64,000 nt of DNA. Origin: a plasmid. The translations under genes were made by a program, and so were the position numbers. Of the stretch, positions 1 to 10,077 are shown one piece after another (position 1 is the first letter of the stretch; the number at the start of each line of letters is the position of its first letter). Where the stretch lies: the sequence record NZ_CP069678.1; one strand, given 5' to 3'. The notes under the pieces are model-generated. The model was not told the DNA's origin and made no database searches. It saw only the letters and a program-made list of their open reading frames with translations.

Positions 1-3
1 GAC

Positions 4-2157
4 GTGTTAATCCTGGATGATACCACCTCAGCGGTTGATGCTGTTACGGAAGCGGAGATTAATACCGCGCTGGGTCGCTATGCTGACGAAGGGCATATGC
101 TGCTGGTGATTGCCCGACGGCGTTCAACACTTCAGCTAGCCAGCCGGGTTGTGGTGCTGGATAAGGGCCGTATGGTGGATACCGGAACCCCGGCAGAACT
201 TGAAGCGCGCTGTCCGGCGTTCCGCGCACTGATGACCGGCGACAGCGATTTTCTGGCCACGTCCCACAATAGCCACAACGAATTGTGGCCGGCTGAACCA
301 GCGACACAAGACGATGTAACGGATACGGGGGATAAAGGTTTTGTCGCCCGTATGACCCGCGTACCGGAAAATGCAGTACAGCAGGCGCTGGCCGGTAAAG
401 GCCGCAAAGTCACGTCACTACTGAAGCCTGTGGCGTGGATGTTCGTCATCGCCGCTCTGCTGATCGCACTCGATTCTGCGGCAGGCGTAGGGGTGCTGAT
501 ACTGTTGCAGCACGGCATTGACTCCGGTGTCGCCGCAGGCGATATGTCGACCATCGGCCTCTGTGCCCTGCTCGCCCTGAGCCTGGTCATTGTGGGCTGG
601 TGCAGTTATTCTCTGCAGACGGTCTTCGCCGCCAGAGCGGCGGAATCAGTTCAGCATTCGGTGCGCTTGCGCAGCTTCGGCCATATGCTGCGTCTTGGAC
701 TCCCCTGGCATGAAAAGCATGCCGATTCGCGTCTTACCCGCATGACCGTTGATGTGGACTCTCTCGCCCGCTTTCTGCAAAACGGCCTTGCCGGTGCGGC
801 CACCAGTCTGGTGACGATGTTCGCAATCGCCGCCACCATGTTCTGGCTCGACCCGTTCCTGGCGCTGACGGCATTAAGCGCAGTGCCAGTGGCCGCACTG
901 GCAACCATGATTTATCGCCGCCTCAGTACCCCTGCTTATGCACAGGCACGGCTGGAAATAGGCAAAGTCAACAGCACCCTGCAGGAAAAAGTCTCTGGCA
1001 TGCGTGTCGTGCAATCGCATGGTCAGCAGGAACTGGAGGGCGCCCGGCTGCGCGCGTTATCGGAGCGTTTCCGCGCAACCCGTGTGCGAGCACAAAAATA
1101 CCTTGCAGTCTATTTTCCGTTCCTGACATTCTGCACCGAGGCCTCCTATGCCGCTGTTCTGTTAGTGGGAGCTTCGCAGGTCGCCGCTGGAGAAATGACT
1201 GCCGGGGTACTGGCGGCTTTCTTCCTGTTGCTGGGGCAATTCTATGGGCCAGTGCAGCAGTTATCAGGGATTGTCGACGCCTGGCAGCAGGCGACAGCCA
1301 GCGGCAAACATATTGATGAACTACTGGCGACAGAAGGCACTGAGAACCTCGGCTCCTCTTCGGTCCTCCCTGTCACCGGTGCACTGCATCTTGATGAGGT
1401 CACGTTCAGTTATCCCGACAGTCACGAGCCAGCTCTGAACAAACTTACCCTGACGATCCCAGAGGGAATGGTTGTTGCGGTCGTCGGTCGCAGCGGTGCG
1501 GGTAAGTCGACGCTGATTAAGCTGATTGCCGGGTTGTATTTCCCCACGCACGGCAACATCAGAATCGGTGTGCAAATGCTCGATGATGCCTCGCTCGCTG
1601 AGTATCGTCGCCAGATTGGGCTTGTCGATCAGGATGTAGCACTGTTTAGTAGTGATATTGCAGAAAACATTCGTTATTCACGGCCATCCGCCACCAATGA
1701 AGACGTTGAAATTGCCTCACAGCGGGCAGGGCTGTATGAGATGGTGTGCAATCTGCCGCAGGGATTCCGGACACCAGTGAATAACGGCGGAGCCGATCTG
1801 TCCGCAGGTCAGCGCCAGTTGATTGCGCTGTCCCGCGCGCAACTGGCTAATGCTCACATCCTGCTGCTCGACGAAGCCACGTCATGTCTGGATCGCACAT
1901 CCGAAGAACGACTGATGTCATCGTTAACAGATGTCGTGCATGCCGGGAAGCACTCGGCGCTGATTGTTGCACATCGTCTGACCACCGCGCAACGCTGCGA
2001 TCTGATTGCCGTTATTGATAAGGGGTTACTTGCGGAATACGGAACCCACGAACAGCTGTTATCTGCGGGCGGCCTCTATACCCGCTTATGGCATGACAGC
2101 GTCAGCAGTACTGCGCTCCATCGCCAGCACAACATGAAGGAGGAAACCCCGGGATAG
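4..2157 (+). CDS. iroC: Salmochelin/enterobactin ABC exporter IroC, C-terminal 717 aa (5' end lies upstream of window)
   Basis: 717-aa ORF with TM domain plus Walker A (GRSGAGKST), ABC signature (LSAGQRQ) and Walker B (ILLLDEATS). Followed by iroD, iroE and divergent iroN in canonical iroBCDEN order. Confidence 0.85.
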   Translation: MLILDDTTSAVDAVTEAEINTALGRYADEGHMLLVIARRRSTLQLASRVVVLDKGRMVDTGTPAELEARCPAFRALMTGDSDFLATSHNSHNELWPAEPATQDDVTDTGDKGFVARMTRVPENAVQQALAGKGRKVTSLLKPVAWMFVIAALLIALDSAAGVGVLILLQHGIDSGVAAGDMSTIGLCALLALSLVIVGWCSYSLQTVFAARAAESVQHSVRLRSFGHMLRLGLPWHEKHADSRLTRMTVDVDSLARFLQNGLAGAATSLVTMFAIAATMFWLDPFLALTALSAVPVAALATMIYRRLSTPAYAQARLEIGKVNSTLQEKVSGMRVVQSHGQQELEGARLRALSERFRATRVRAQKYLAVYFPFLTFCTEASYAAVLLVGASQVAAGEMTAGVLAAFFLLLGQFYGPVQQLSGIVDAWQQATASGKHIDELLATEGTENLGSSSVLPVTGALHLDEVTFSYPDSHEPALNKLTLTIPEGMVVAVVGRSGAGKSTLIKLIAGLYFPTHGNIRIGVQMLDDASLAEYRRQIGLVDQDVALFSSDIAENIRYSRPSATNEDVEIASQRAGLYEMVCNLPQGFRTPVNNGGADLSAGQRQLIALSRAQLANAHILLLDEATSCLDRTSEERLMSSLTDVVHAGKHSALIVAHRLTTAQRCDLIAVIDKGLLAEYGTHEQLLSAGGLYTRLWHDSVSSTALHRQHNMKEETPG

Positions 2158-2260
2158 TTACTGGACACGTAATGTATTAAAAACACAGTCAGAAGCGGCG
2201 GTACCGTGAATAGCCGCTTTAATTATTTATACTGACATCCTTAATTTTTAAAGAGTATGA

Positions 2261-3490
2261 ATGCTGAACATGCAACAACATCCCTCTGCTATCGCCAGCC
2301 TGCGCAACCAACTGGCAGCGGGCCACATTGCTAACCTTACTGACTTCTGGCGCGAAGCTGAGTCGCTGAATGTTCCTCTTGTGACGCCAGTCGAAGGAGC
2401 GGAAGATGAGCGAGAAGTTACCTTTCTGTGGCGCGCCCGACATCCTCTGCAGGGCGTTTATCTGCGTCTGAACCGGGTGACGGATAAAGAGCACGTAGAA
2501 AAAGGAATGATGAGCGCCCTTCCCGAAACGGATATCTGGACACTGACACTGCGTTTACCCGCAAGTTACTGCGGCTCCTATTCGCTGCTGGAAATCCCCC
2601 CCGGCACTACGGCTGAGACGATTGCACTGTCCGGAGGCCGTTTTTCCACCCTCGCCGGAAAAGCCGATCCGCTAAACAAAATGCCGGAGATCAACGTTCG
2701 GGGGAACGCAAAGGAATCAGTGCTGACACTTGATAAAGCTCCCGCCCTGTCGGAATGGAACGGCGGCTTCCACACCGGACAACTGCTTACCTCCATGCGC
2801 ATTATCGCCGGGAAATCTCGCCAGATTCGGCTCTATATTCCGGATGTTGATATTTCTCAGCCCCTCGGGCTGGTCGTGCTGCCCGATGGTGAAACCTGGT
2901 TTGATCACCTTGGCGTATGCGCGGCAATTGACGCCGCCATAAATAACGGGCGCATCGTGCCCGTGGCTGTACTGGGCATTGACAACATTAATGAACATGA
3001 ACGCACTGAGATACTCGGCGGGCGCAGCAAACTGATAAAGGATATCGCCGGACATCTGCTGCCGATGATTCGCGCTGAACAACCGCAGCGTCAGTGGGCA
3101 GACCGTTCGCGCACAGTGCTGGCCGGGCAGAGCCTCGGCGGGATCAGTGCGCTAATGGGGGCTCGTTACGCACCGGAAACGTTCGGTCTGGTGCTCAGCC
3201 ACTCTCCTTCAATGTGGTGGACGCCAGAAAGAACCAGTCGACCAGGCTTGTTCAGCGAAACCGATACCTCATGGGTGAGTGAGCATCTGCTTTCTGCCCC
3301 ACCGCAGGGCGTACGTATCAGCCTGTGCGTGGGATCGCTGGAAGGTTCGACAGTGCCTCACGTTCAGCAGCTTCACCAGCGGCTGATTACCGCTGGCGTC
3401 GAAAGCCATTGCGCAATTTACACCGGTGGTCACGATTACGCATGGTGGCGCGGTGCACTGATTGACGGGATTGGTTTACTACAGGGTTGA
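2261..3490 (+). CDS. iroD: Salmochelin/enterobactin esterase IroD (Fes-like)
   Basis: 409-aa ORF with Fes/IroD-like N-terminus and an esterase serine motif (GQSLGG). Position between iroC and iroE. Confidence 0.85.
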   Translation: MLNMQQHPSAIASLRNQLAAGHIANLTDFWREAESLNVPLVTPVEGAEDEREVTFLWRARHPLQGVYLRLNRVTDKEHVEKGMMSALPETDIWTLTLRLPASYCGSYSLLEIPPGTTAETIALSGGRFSTLAGKADPLNKMPEINVRGNAKESVLTLDKAPALSEWNGGFHTGQLLTSMRIIAGKSRQIRLYIPDVDISQPLGLVVLPDGETWFDHLGVCAAIDAAINNGRIVPVAVLGIDNINEHERTEILGGRSKLIKDIAGHLLPMIRAEQPQRQWADRSRTVLAGQSLGGISALMGARYAPETFGLVLSHSPSMWWTPERTSRPGLFSETDTSWVSEHLLSAPPQGVRISLCVGSLEGSTVPHVQQLHQRLITAGVESHCAIYTGGHDYAWWRGALIDGIGLLQG

Positions 3491-3574
3491 GTTGACCCAC
3501 AAACACTTTCAGGAAACGGTACAGACTTCCCGAATAAATCAAATTGTCACCTGCGGAAAAGGAATAATCATCAG

Positions 3575-4531
3575 ATGTATGCCCGCGAGTATCGCTCAAC
3601 ACGCCCGCATAAAGCGATTTTCTTTCATCTTTCTTGCCTCACCCTTATCTGTAGTGCGCAAGTTTATGCGAAGCCGGATATGCGGCCACTGGGGCCGAAT
3701 ATAGCCGATAAAGGCTCCGTGTTTTACCATTTCAGCACCACCTCTTTCGACTCTGTCGATGGCACACGCCATTATCGGGTATGGACGGCCGTGCCGAATA
3801 CAACCGCACCGGCATCGGGTTACCCGATTTTATATATGCTTGACGGTAACGCAGTTATGGACCGCCTGGATGACGAACTGCTCAAACAATTGTCAGAAAA
3901 AACACCGCCAGTGATCGTGGCTGTCGGGTATCAGACCAACCTCCCTTTCGATCTCAACAGCAGGGCTTACGACTATACGCCAGCAGCAGAAAGCAGAAAA
4001 ACAGATCTCCACTCAGGGCGTTTTAGCCGTAAGAGTGGTGGCAGCAACAACTTCCGCCAGTTACTGGAAACGCGTATTGCCCCAAAAGTGGAACAGGGAC
4101 TGAATATCGATCGGCAACGCCGCGGCTTATGGGGGCACTCCTACGGCGGCCTCTTCGTGCTGGATTCCTGGCTGTCCTCCTCTTACTTCCGGTCGTACTA
4201 CAGTGCCAGCCCGTCGTTGGGCAGAGGTTATGATGCTTTGCTAAGCCGCGTTACGGCGGTTGAGCCTCTGCAATTCTGCGCCAAACACCTGGCGATAATG
4301 GAAGGCTCGGCGACACAGGGTGATAACCGGGAAACGCATGCTGTCGGGGTGCTGTCGAAAATTCATACCACCCTCACTATACTGAAAGATAAAGGCGTCA
4401 ATGTCGTATTTTGGGATTTCCCCAACTTGGGACACGGGCCGATGTTCAATGCCTCCTTTCGCCAGGCACTGTTAGATATCAGTGGTGAAAACGCAAATTA
4501 CACAGCAGGTTGTCATGAGTTAAGCCACTAA
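3575..4531 (+). CDS. iroE: Periplasmic salmochelin esterase IroE
   Basis: 318-aa ORF with N-terminal signal or anchor segment and an alpha/beta hydrolase motif (GHSYGG). Canonical position downstream of iroD. Confidence 0.85.
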   Translation: MYAREYRSTRPHKAIFFHLSCLTLICSAQVYAKPDMRPLGPNIADKGSVFYHFSTTSFDSVDGTRHYRVWTAVPNTTAPASGYPILYMLDGNAVMDRLDDELLKQLSEKTPPVIVAVGYQTNLPFDLNSRAYDYTPAAESRKTDLHSGRFSRKSGGSNNFRQLLETRIAPKVEQGLNIDRQRRGLWGHSYGGLFVLDSWLSSSYFRSYYSASPSLGRGYDALLSRVTAVEPLQFCAKHLAIMEGSATQGDNRETHAVGVLSKIHTTLTILKDKGVNVVFWDFPNLGHGPMFNASFRQALLDISGENANYTAGCHELSH

Positions 4532-4575
4532 ACACTGCCCGCTTTTACGCGGGCAGTACGCCTGAAACACTACGA

Positions 4576-6753
4576 TCAGAATGATGCGGTAACTCCGGCA
4601 TAGTAAGCCCGGCCTGGCTCGTTATAGGTATTCGCCCCTTCAGAAGATCGGAAGATCTGTTTATTGAGGATATTACTGACGCCGACATTAAGACGCAGAT
4701 TTTTATTAATATCGTAATTGAAGTTCGTCCCCACCAGTGAATAAGCGCCCAGCTCTTTACCTGACAGACCGCCAGTATCTTCACTGCGGGTTTCCGCATG
4801 AGTACGCGGTTTTTGTCTGCCATATAACGTCCAGTTGACGCTGGCAGAAAACGCCTGGGTGATGGTCCAGTTAAGCGAGTTATTGATAGTATATTTCGGG
4901 ATGACCGACAGAGGATTACCGGTGTCTTTTTGCTCCGAAGTGATCATCCATGTGGCATTGGTATTCCAGTTCAGACGATCTTTCACCAGTGGGAAAGACA
5001 TACTGGCTTCGATACCGTCCACCAGAGCTTTCCCGCCATTCTGCCACTTGAGGATATATGCGCCTGAAGCGGTTTGCCCGATAACGTTATCCCCGGCCAC
5101 GATCTTATTCTGGTAATCATTGCGGAAGTAGGTCACACTTGCGTGGTAATCTTCCCAGGTGAACTCCAGCCCAATTTCTTTATTGACGCTGATTTCCGGA
5201 TCGAGATCTTTATTACCGATCAGGTAGCACCCGCCTGATGTAATATCTTTTGGACAGCCATTGCCTTTCGAGTAGAGCAGATAGCCTTCACTGGATTGAT
5301 ACAGGTTTGGGGCTTTAAAGGTTCGGGCAACCCCTGCTTTGACTTTGAAATAATCGCCCAATTCCTGCGAAAGATTCAGACTGGGGCTGAAGTTCCCGCC
5401 GGAGTCGCTGAGATAATCAAAGCGCAGGCCGGGAATGATATTCGTGCCAGGAACCGGCTCAATGTTATCTTCAATATACAGCGCACTGATTTGAGAATGA
5501 TTTTTACTGCTGCGATCCGCAGCAGAGCCAGAAATACCGCTGATATCACTGTCATTCACCGTCAGGCTGGTAGAGGAAGGATCATCGAGCTTATCGCGGT
5601 TCCACTCTGCACCAACGGTCAGCGTTTGATCAACCATCACATTCAAAGGAATATTAAGCTCGCCGCTGGTTCGCCAGGAACTCAGGCGATTGGTCGTAAA
5701 CTTTTCACCCGCTAAAATACGCCCTTCACCACCGCCGGATAATCCTTCATTCATGCGGGTATTATTGGTTTTCTCGTAATAAACACCAAAGCGACTTTGT
5801 CCCCAGTCCCAGATACCATTATGCGTAATGCCATAATTCTGTCGGTACAGGCGGTTCGTCTCTTTGCCGGATTTTGCCAGGCTTTCGGTAACTGCACTGG
5901 AAGAACTGTTTTGCGTATCGCCCGCATAGATATTCCCCTGGCGGCTATATCCGGCTTCGAAATCGAGAATCTGCTGCGGATTTAATTTCCACGAGACAAC
6001 GCCGTTAATATCTTTGTTACGTACCCCTTCATGCCCGGCTGCGTTTTTCGTACCGACCGGAGAATTAATATCCCAACTGTCAGCATCCGTTTTATTCAGG
6101 TTACCATACAAACGCGTGGTAAGAGCATTACCAGCCAGAGGCCCACTAAGGCTGAAATTGGCGCGACGCGTAGCGCCCTCATCGCTACTTTCCGGCTGAT
6201 TGGTGTATAACGACAGCGAACCGTGCCAGTCGTTGGTGGGACGTTTGGTAATGATGTTCACCACCCCCCCGGCTGCCCCCGAACCGTAGCGCGCCGCCGC
6301 AGGGCCGCGGATCACTTCAATACGCTCAACCTGTTCCGGTGGCACCCAGTTGGTGTCACCGCGGGTATCACGCTCTCCACGCCAGCTATAACGCACGGAG
6401 TTACGTGACGTCACCGGTACACCATCAATTAAAATTAAGGTGTTTTCCGGCCCCATACCACGAATATCGATCTGGCGGTTGTTACCGCGTGTGCCCGAGG
6501 CGCTATTGCCGGTAAGATTGACGCCAGGCATTTTACGAATAATATCTGAAAGGTCGTTTACCGGAGGGGTCTTTTTAATATCCTCGCTGGTAATAACCGA
6601 CACGCCCGGCTGCTGTTTTAATACCTGCTCAGCGGTGGCTTCCACCACCAGAGTCTCGTCATTATCATCGTCGGAGGATTTGGCTACTGATACCTGGCTA
6701 TTCAACCCAACCAGGAGCACAGTTAGCGACCAGAGGATTTTGTTAATTCTCAT
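4576..6753 (-). CDS. iroN: TonB-dependent outer-membrane salmochelin receptor IroN
   Basis: 725-aa ORF with signal peptide, a TonB box (ETLVVEA), plug and beta-barrel, and a terminal aromatic residue (…YYAGVTASF). Divergent to iroCDE, as in the iro locus. Confidence 0.92.
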   Translation of the reverse strand: MRINKILWSLTVLLVGLNSQVSVAKSSDDDNDETLVVEATAEQVLKQQPGVSVITSEDIKKTPPVNDLSDIIRKMPGVNLTGNSASGTRGNNRQIDIRGMGPENTLILIDGVPVTSRNSVRYSWRGERDTRGDTNWVPPEQVERIEVIRGPAAARYGSGAAGGVVNIITKRPTNDWHGSLSLYTNQPESSDEGATRRANFSLSGPLAGNALTTRLYGNLNKTDADSWDINSPVGTKNAAGHEGVRNKDINGVVSWKLNPQQILDFEAGYSRQGNIYAGDTQNSSSSAVTESLAKSGKETNRLYRQNYGITHNGIWDWGQSRFGVYYEKTNNTRMNEGLSGGGEGRILAGEKFTTNRLSSWRTSGELNIPLNVMVDQTLTVGAEWNRDKLDDPSSTSLTVNDSDISGISGSAADRSSKNHSQISALYIEDNIEPVPGTNIIPGLRFDYLSDSGGNFSPSLNLSQELGDYFKVKAGVARTFKAPNLYQSSEGYLLYSKGNGCPKDITSGGCYLIGNKDLDPEISVNKEIGLEFTWEDYHASVTYFRNDYQNKIVAGDNVIGQTASGAYILKWQNGGKALVDGIEASMSFPLVKDRLNWNTNATWMITSEQKDTGNPLSVIPKYTINNSLNWTITQAFSASVNWTLYGRQKPRTHAETRSEDTGGLSGKELGAYSLVGTNFNYDINKNLRLNVGVSNILNKQIFRSSEGANTYNEPGRAYYAGVTASF

Positions 6754-6848
6754 ACCTATTCCCTAATAAATGCCTAACTTAAAATGTTTGATCGTTAAGC
6801 TCACATCCTTGCCAGATATTTCTTACTGCCATTATTGTTTTTATATAA

Positions 6849-6869
6849 GAATGATAATTAATATCATTT
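6849..6869. promoter_or_regulatory. Fur-box-like motif upstream of iroN
   Basis: gaatgataattaatatcattt resembles GATAATGATAATCATTATC, about 100 bp upstream of the iroN start in an AT-rich promoter region. Confidence 0.4.
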
Positions 6870-7618
6870 AGTAAAAGAAAAAGCAATCCCTCACAAGATA
6901 CATATATTGATTTTTCATAAATATCAAATTGATATATAACATATGTTTTTTATTTCATTGCACTTGTCGATCATCGGGAATTTTGTCACAATTTCTCACG
7001 GATAGTGTTCACATTGTTTCTGACCTGCATTTCAGGCGCGGGCGCTGCTTATGTATATAAGGGCCTGTGGTCGACGAATCAGCATAATCAGATCTTCCTG
7101 CGAACAATTTCTTTCAGCGTATCAGGCAGCACTATCGGATTATCTACGAGCGTTTTTGATTCACATTGTGTGTGAAACTTCATACATCATGATTCGCTTT
7201 CCCTACTCAGTTCTGATGATTGTTTTTTATTCTATTAACACGGAGTTAAGATTCTACCCTCGGTGTCCTCATTATTAATGAGGAATGCTACCTATCTAAA
7301 AACTGACCGAAACTTTGGGGCATCCCTGGAGGTTTCCAAGGAGAAAAAGGTGACAGTGATAGTGCCACATTGTGAGGAAATTCCTGAGAAACTCCTGAGA
7401 AACTCCTGGTTCACACACATAATTCAGGAGCTTGCCATAGATAGTAACCAATTGTTTTATATTTTAAGACCATTAAATACGCGGCTACGATAGCGCTTTA
7501 TATAATCATAAACTGTAGAGATAAAATATCTGCTTCTCTGATAACACTAATTGAGTGTCTTAAACTAAGTAATTTCATTTTTCCCCCTTTAAAAGCAATA
7601 TATGTGCAATAGTTGAAG

Positions 7619-8653
7619 TTAAAGCTGTGCTGCCAGAGTTGATAATAATTGTTCTGTCTGTTGCCATGATATGCATTCATCAGTAACAGACTGACCATAC
7701 TCTAGCGGAAAACTATCGGATTGTTTTCCATCTTGTAAAAAGCTTTCCACCATAATGCCAGCTACATATCCTGGTATTTTTTTCCGATTATCTATAACTT
7801 GACGTGCAACGGAAATTTGCCGTTTAGCCACTTTACCGCTATTACCATGGCTACAATCAATTATCAGACGATGGTTAATGCCCTCATCATGCATTAATTT
7901 CACTGCCTTAGTTATATCAGACAAACCATAGTTAGGTTCTCTACCTCCACGTAATATTAGATGTCCATGTGGATTGCCATCGGTTAATAGTGTAGATATA
8001 CTATTTGTTAAAGATGTCATATATACAATATGTTGTTCACGGGCTGCAATAATAGCGTCAATAGCTAAGTTAATATTTCCATCAGTACTGTTTTTAAATC
8101 CAACTGGACAATGTAAACCAGACGCAAGTTGACGATGCGTTTGTGATTCAGTGGTTCTGGCACCAATAGCACCCCAACATATTAAATCAGCAATATAGGG
8201 AGTAAGAAAAGGATCGAGGAATTCTGTAGCGGTTGCGACACGCATCGTTGTGATTGAAGACAAACACTGGCGAGCATATCGTATCCCTTTCTCAACATCA
8301 TAACTTCCATTTAGATCAGGATCGTGCATTATTCCCTTCCAGCCTTTACGGGTTCGAGGTTTCTCAAAATAAGTGCGCATTACAATGTACATTTTCGATA
8401 AGTACTTATTCTGTAATACGAACAATCGCTTCGCATAATCAACTGCGGCCTGAACGTCATGGATTGAGCATGGACCAACAATCACAAGTAAGCGAGGATC
8501 TTTTCCCAGCAAAATATTCGCTATAATATCTCGTTGCAGAGAGATCCATGTTACGGTTTCTTCCGATACTGCGATTTCTTTATGAATCTCGCCCACAGTG
8601 GGTAAACTGCCAAGCAACTTCCCGCGGTAGATTAATTTACTAGCTGACTGCAT
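7619..8653 (-). CDS. 3-deoxy-D-arabino-heptulosonate-7-phosphate (DAHP) synthase, class I (AroF/G/H-like)
   Basis: 344-aa ORF with the overall AroG/F/H architecture, including the motifs …GPCSIHD… and …KPRT…. Chromosomal-type enzyme encoded on the plasmid. Confidence 0.85.
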   Translation of the reverse strand: MQSASKLIYRGKLLGSLPTVGEIHKEIAVSEETVTWISLQRDIIANILLGKDPRLLVIVGPCSIHDVQAAVDYAKRLFVLQNKYLSKMYIVMRTYFEKPRTRKGWKGIMHDPDLNGSYDVEKGIRYARQCLSSITTMRVATATEFLDPFLTPYIADLICWGAIGARTTESQTHRQLASGLHCPVGFKNSTDGNINLAIDAIIAAREQHIVYMTSLTNSISTLLTDGNPHGHLILRGGREPNYGLSDITKAVKLMHDEGINHRLIIDCSHGNSGKVAKRQISVARQVIDNRKKIPGYVAGIMVESFLQDGKQSDSFPLEYGQSVTDECISWQQTEQLLSTLAAQL

Positions 8654-9212
8654 CTTGTCTCCTAAAAGCGCTATTTCAGACCATCAGTTGCACACAGTAG
8701 ATGATAATGATAATCATTTACTGTATAATTGGCAATATATGGGGATTCATAGTCATTTCTGAGATAATATACGTTAGGCCTTCTCTCCCGTACGGAAATC
8801 ACTTGTTTTCCGTAAATTACCTGAATCTTAATCCCTGAGCTGCGGCTAGCTGTGGAACTCACAAAAGCTGACCGGGCCGTGGCACAGCCTCTCTGCTGGC
8901 AGAACAGCGTACTGCAGAAGTCGTCGTACTGCCGCTGGTCCCGGCATCAGGTCTGCCCGCAGATGGCACTTCTGCCACTGATCTGCCGGTGGAGCTGAAC
9001 GGCATGACATATCAGGCCTGCCGTGGGGATTTTGTGGTGCGCCTCGACGGCAGCACCTGTCTGCAGTTATAGAATAAAGAAGGCGGGGAGGTACGCCGGG
9101 AGGGCGATCCGCTGGAAGTGGCGTAGTGGCTGTAGGCCTGTAATGATGCAGGAATAGAAGTTCGTGTACAGGTTAATGAAAGCATCACCCCGTAAAAACA
9201 TGCCGGCACGGT

Positions 9213-9521
9213 TTACACATCATTCCATGGTGGCAGCCGGTTAACTTTCCTGCGCCACCAGTGGAAAGAGGCCATGAGCAGTCCGAACAAAAAACCACTC
9301 GTGATACTTATAATAATGGCCTCACCTGCTACCATTCCTGACGGCCCCCAGTACATAAACCACATTGCACATCCCCAGGAAATACCCCATAAGCCCCCCA
9401 TCAGCAGCGTAACCTGCCAGAACGGCATAAAGGGCAATGGCGGAAGCCGGATACCCAGCCGCCAGAGAATACGCAGCAGAGGAGGAGCATAATTACTCCG
9501 CCACATCTTTTTGCTGTCCAT
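9213..9521 (-). CDS. Hypothetical small membrane protein (102 aa)
   Basis: ORF with Trp-rich N-terminus and a clear hydrophobic TM segment (AIIISITSGFLFGLLMASF). No recognisable family. A rho-independent-like palindrome (gggcaattgccc plus T-run) lies just upstream on the + strand. Confidence 0.35.
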   Translation of the reverse strand: MDSKKMWRSNYAPPLLRILWRLGIRLPPLPFMPFWQVTLLMGGLWGISWGCAMWFMYWGPSGMVAGEAIIISITSGFLFGLLMASFHWWRRKVNRLPPWNDV

Positions 9522-9619
9522 CAGGGCAATTGCCCGGGCTTTTTTTGCTCAAAAGTCACAGGAGCACCTCCGTTCCATGATGTAAACGTGACACAACTTA
9601 TTGTTATTGATTATTATTA

Positions 9620-9802
9620 TCATACCGTGATTATGTTGTCATGCACCTGTACACTGATAAAAGAAAGGGAGAACAGGAGGCTGGCTGAACAACCAATCCG
9701 TTCGTCCAGTTCAATGGCGGCTATCAGGTTCTGCTCCGCAATGTACTCACGAATGCGCTTCCTGTCCTGGCTGGCCAGCATGGTCCAGAATATCTCCATC
9801 AT
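9620..9802 (-). pseudogene. RelE/ParE-family toxin (yacB-like), C-terminally truncated
   Basis: N-terminal 36 aa (MMEIFWTMLASQDRKRIREYIAEQNLIAAIELDERI) match the ParE/RelE toxin fold. The rest diverges into non-homologous sequence, and the full ~95 aa is absent. Overlaps the upstream antitoxin stop. Confidence 0.6.
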
Positions 9803-9996
9803 TTACCGGCGACTTTCCTGCTCATTTCATCCCGCCATGCAGCAGCGGAAGATTCGACCATGTCATGGGGAAGCACATCGCCGCGCTCGAGTTGCTGACG
9901 TCCTGCCTCAACCTGGTCACGGAACCAGGTATTATGCTGCCGTTCCACGGTCTGGCGCATAAAATCCCGGATTAACTGAGAGCCATTACGGTCCAT
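9799..9996 (-). CDS. Putative antitoxin (yacA-like, partner of ParE-family toxin)
   Basis: 65-aa ORF immediately upstream of, and overlapping by 4 nt, the ParE-like ORF. Typical type II TA operon layout. Confidence 0.55.
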   Translation of the reverse strand: MDRNGSQLIRDFMRQTVERQHNTWFRDQVEAGRQQLERGDVLPHDMVESSAAAWRDEMSRKVAGK

Positions 9997-10077
9997 GCTT
10001 TTTGCAGGGCCATAAAAGCATCCTTCAGTTCAGCGTCAATTCTTAAACTCATATTAACCTGTGCCATTTATCACCCC

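Noticed and set aside
132-908. Minus-strand ORFs (152, 85 aa) within iroC
   Set aside because: Antisense to a well-supported ABC transporter gene, with no supporting features.
7051-7493. Three small plus-strand ORFs (75-76 aa) in the AT-rich iroN upstream interval
   Set aside because: AT-rich intergenic DNA readily gives spurious short frames. There is no RBS or start pattern or domain signal. The region is more plausibly the regulatory region for iroN.
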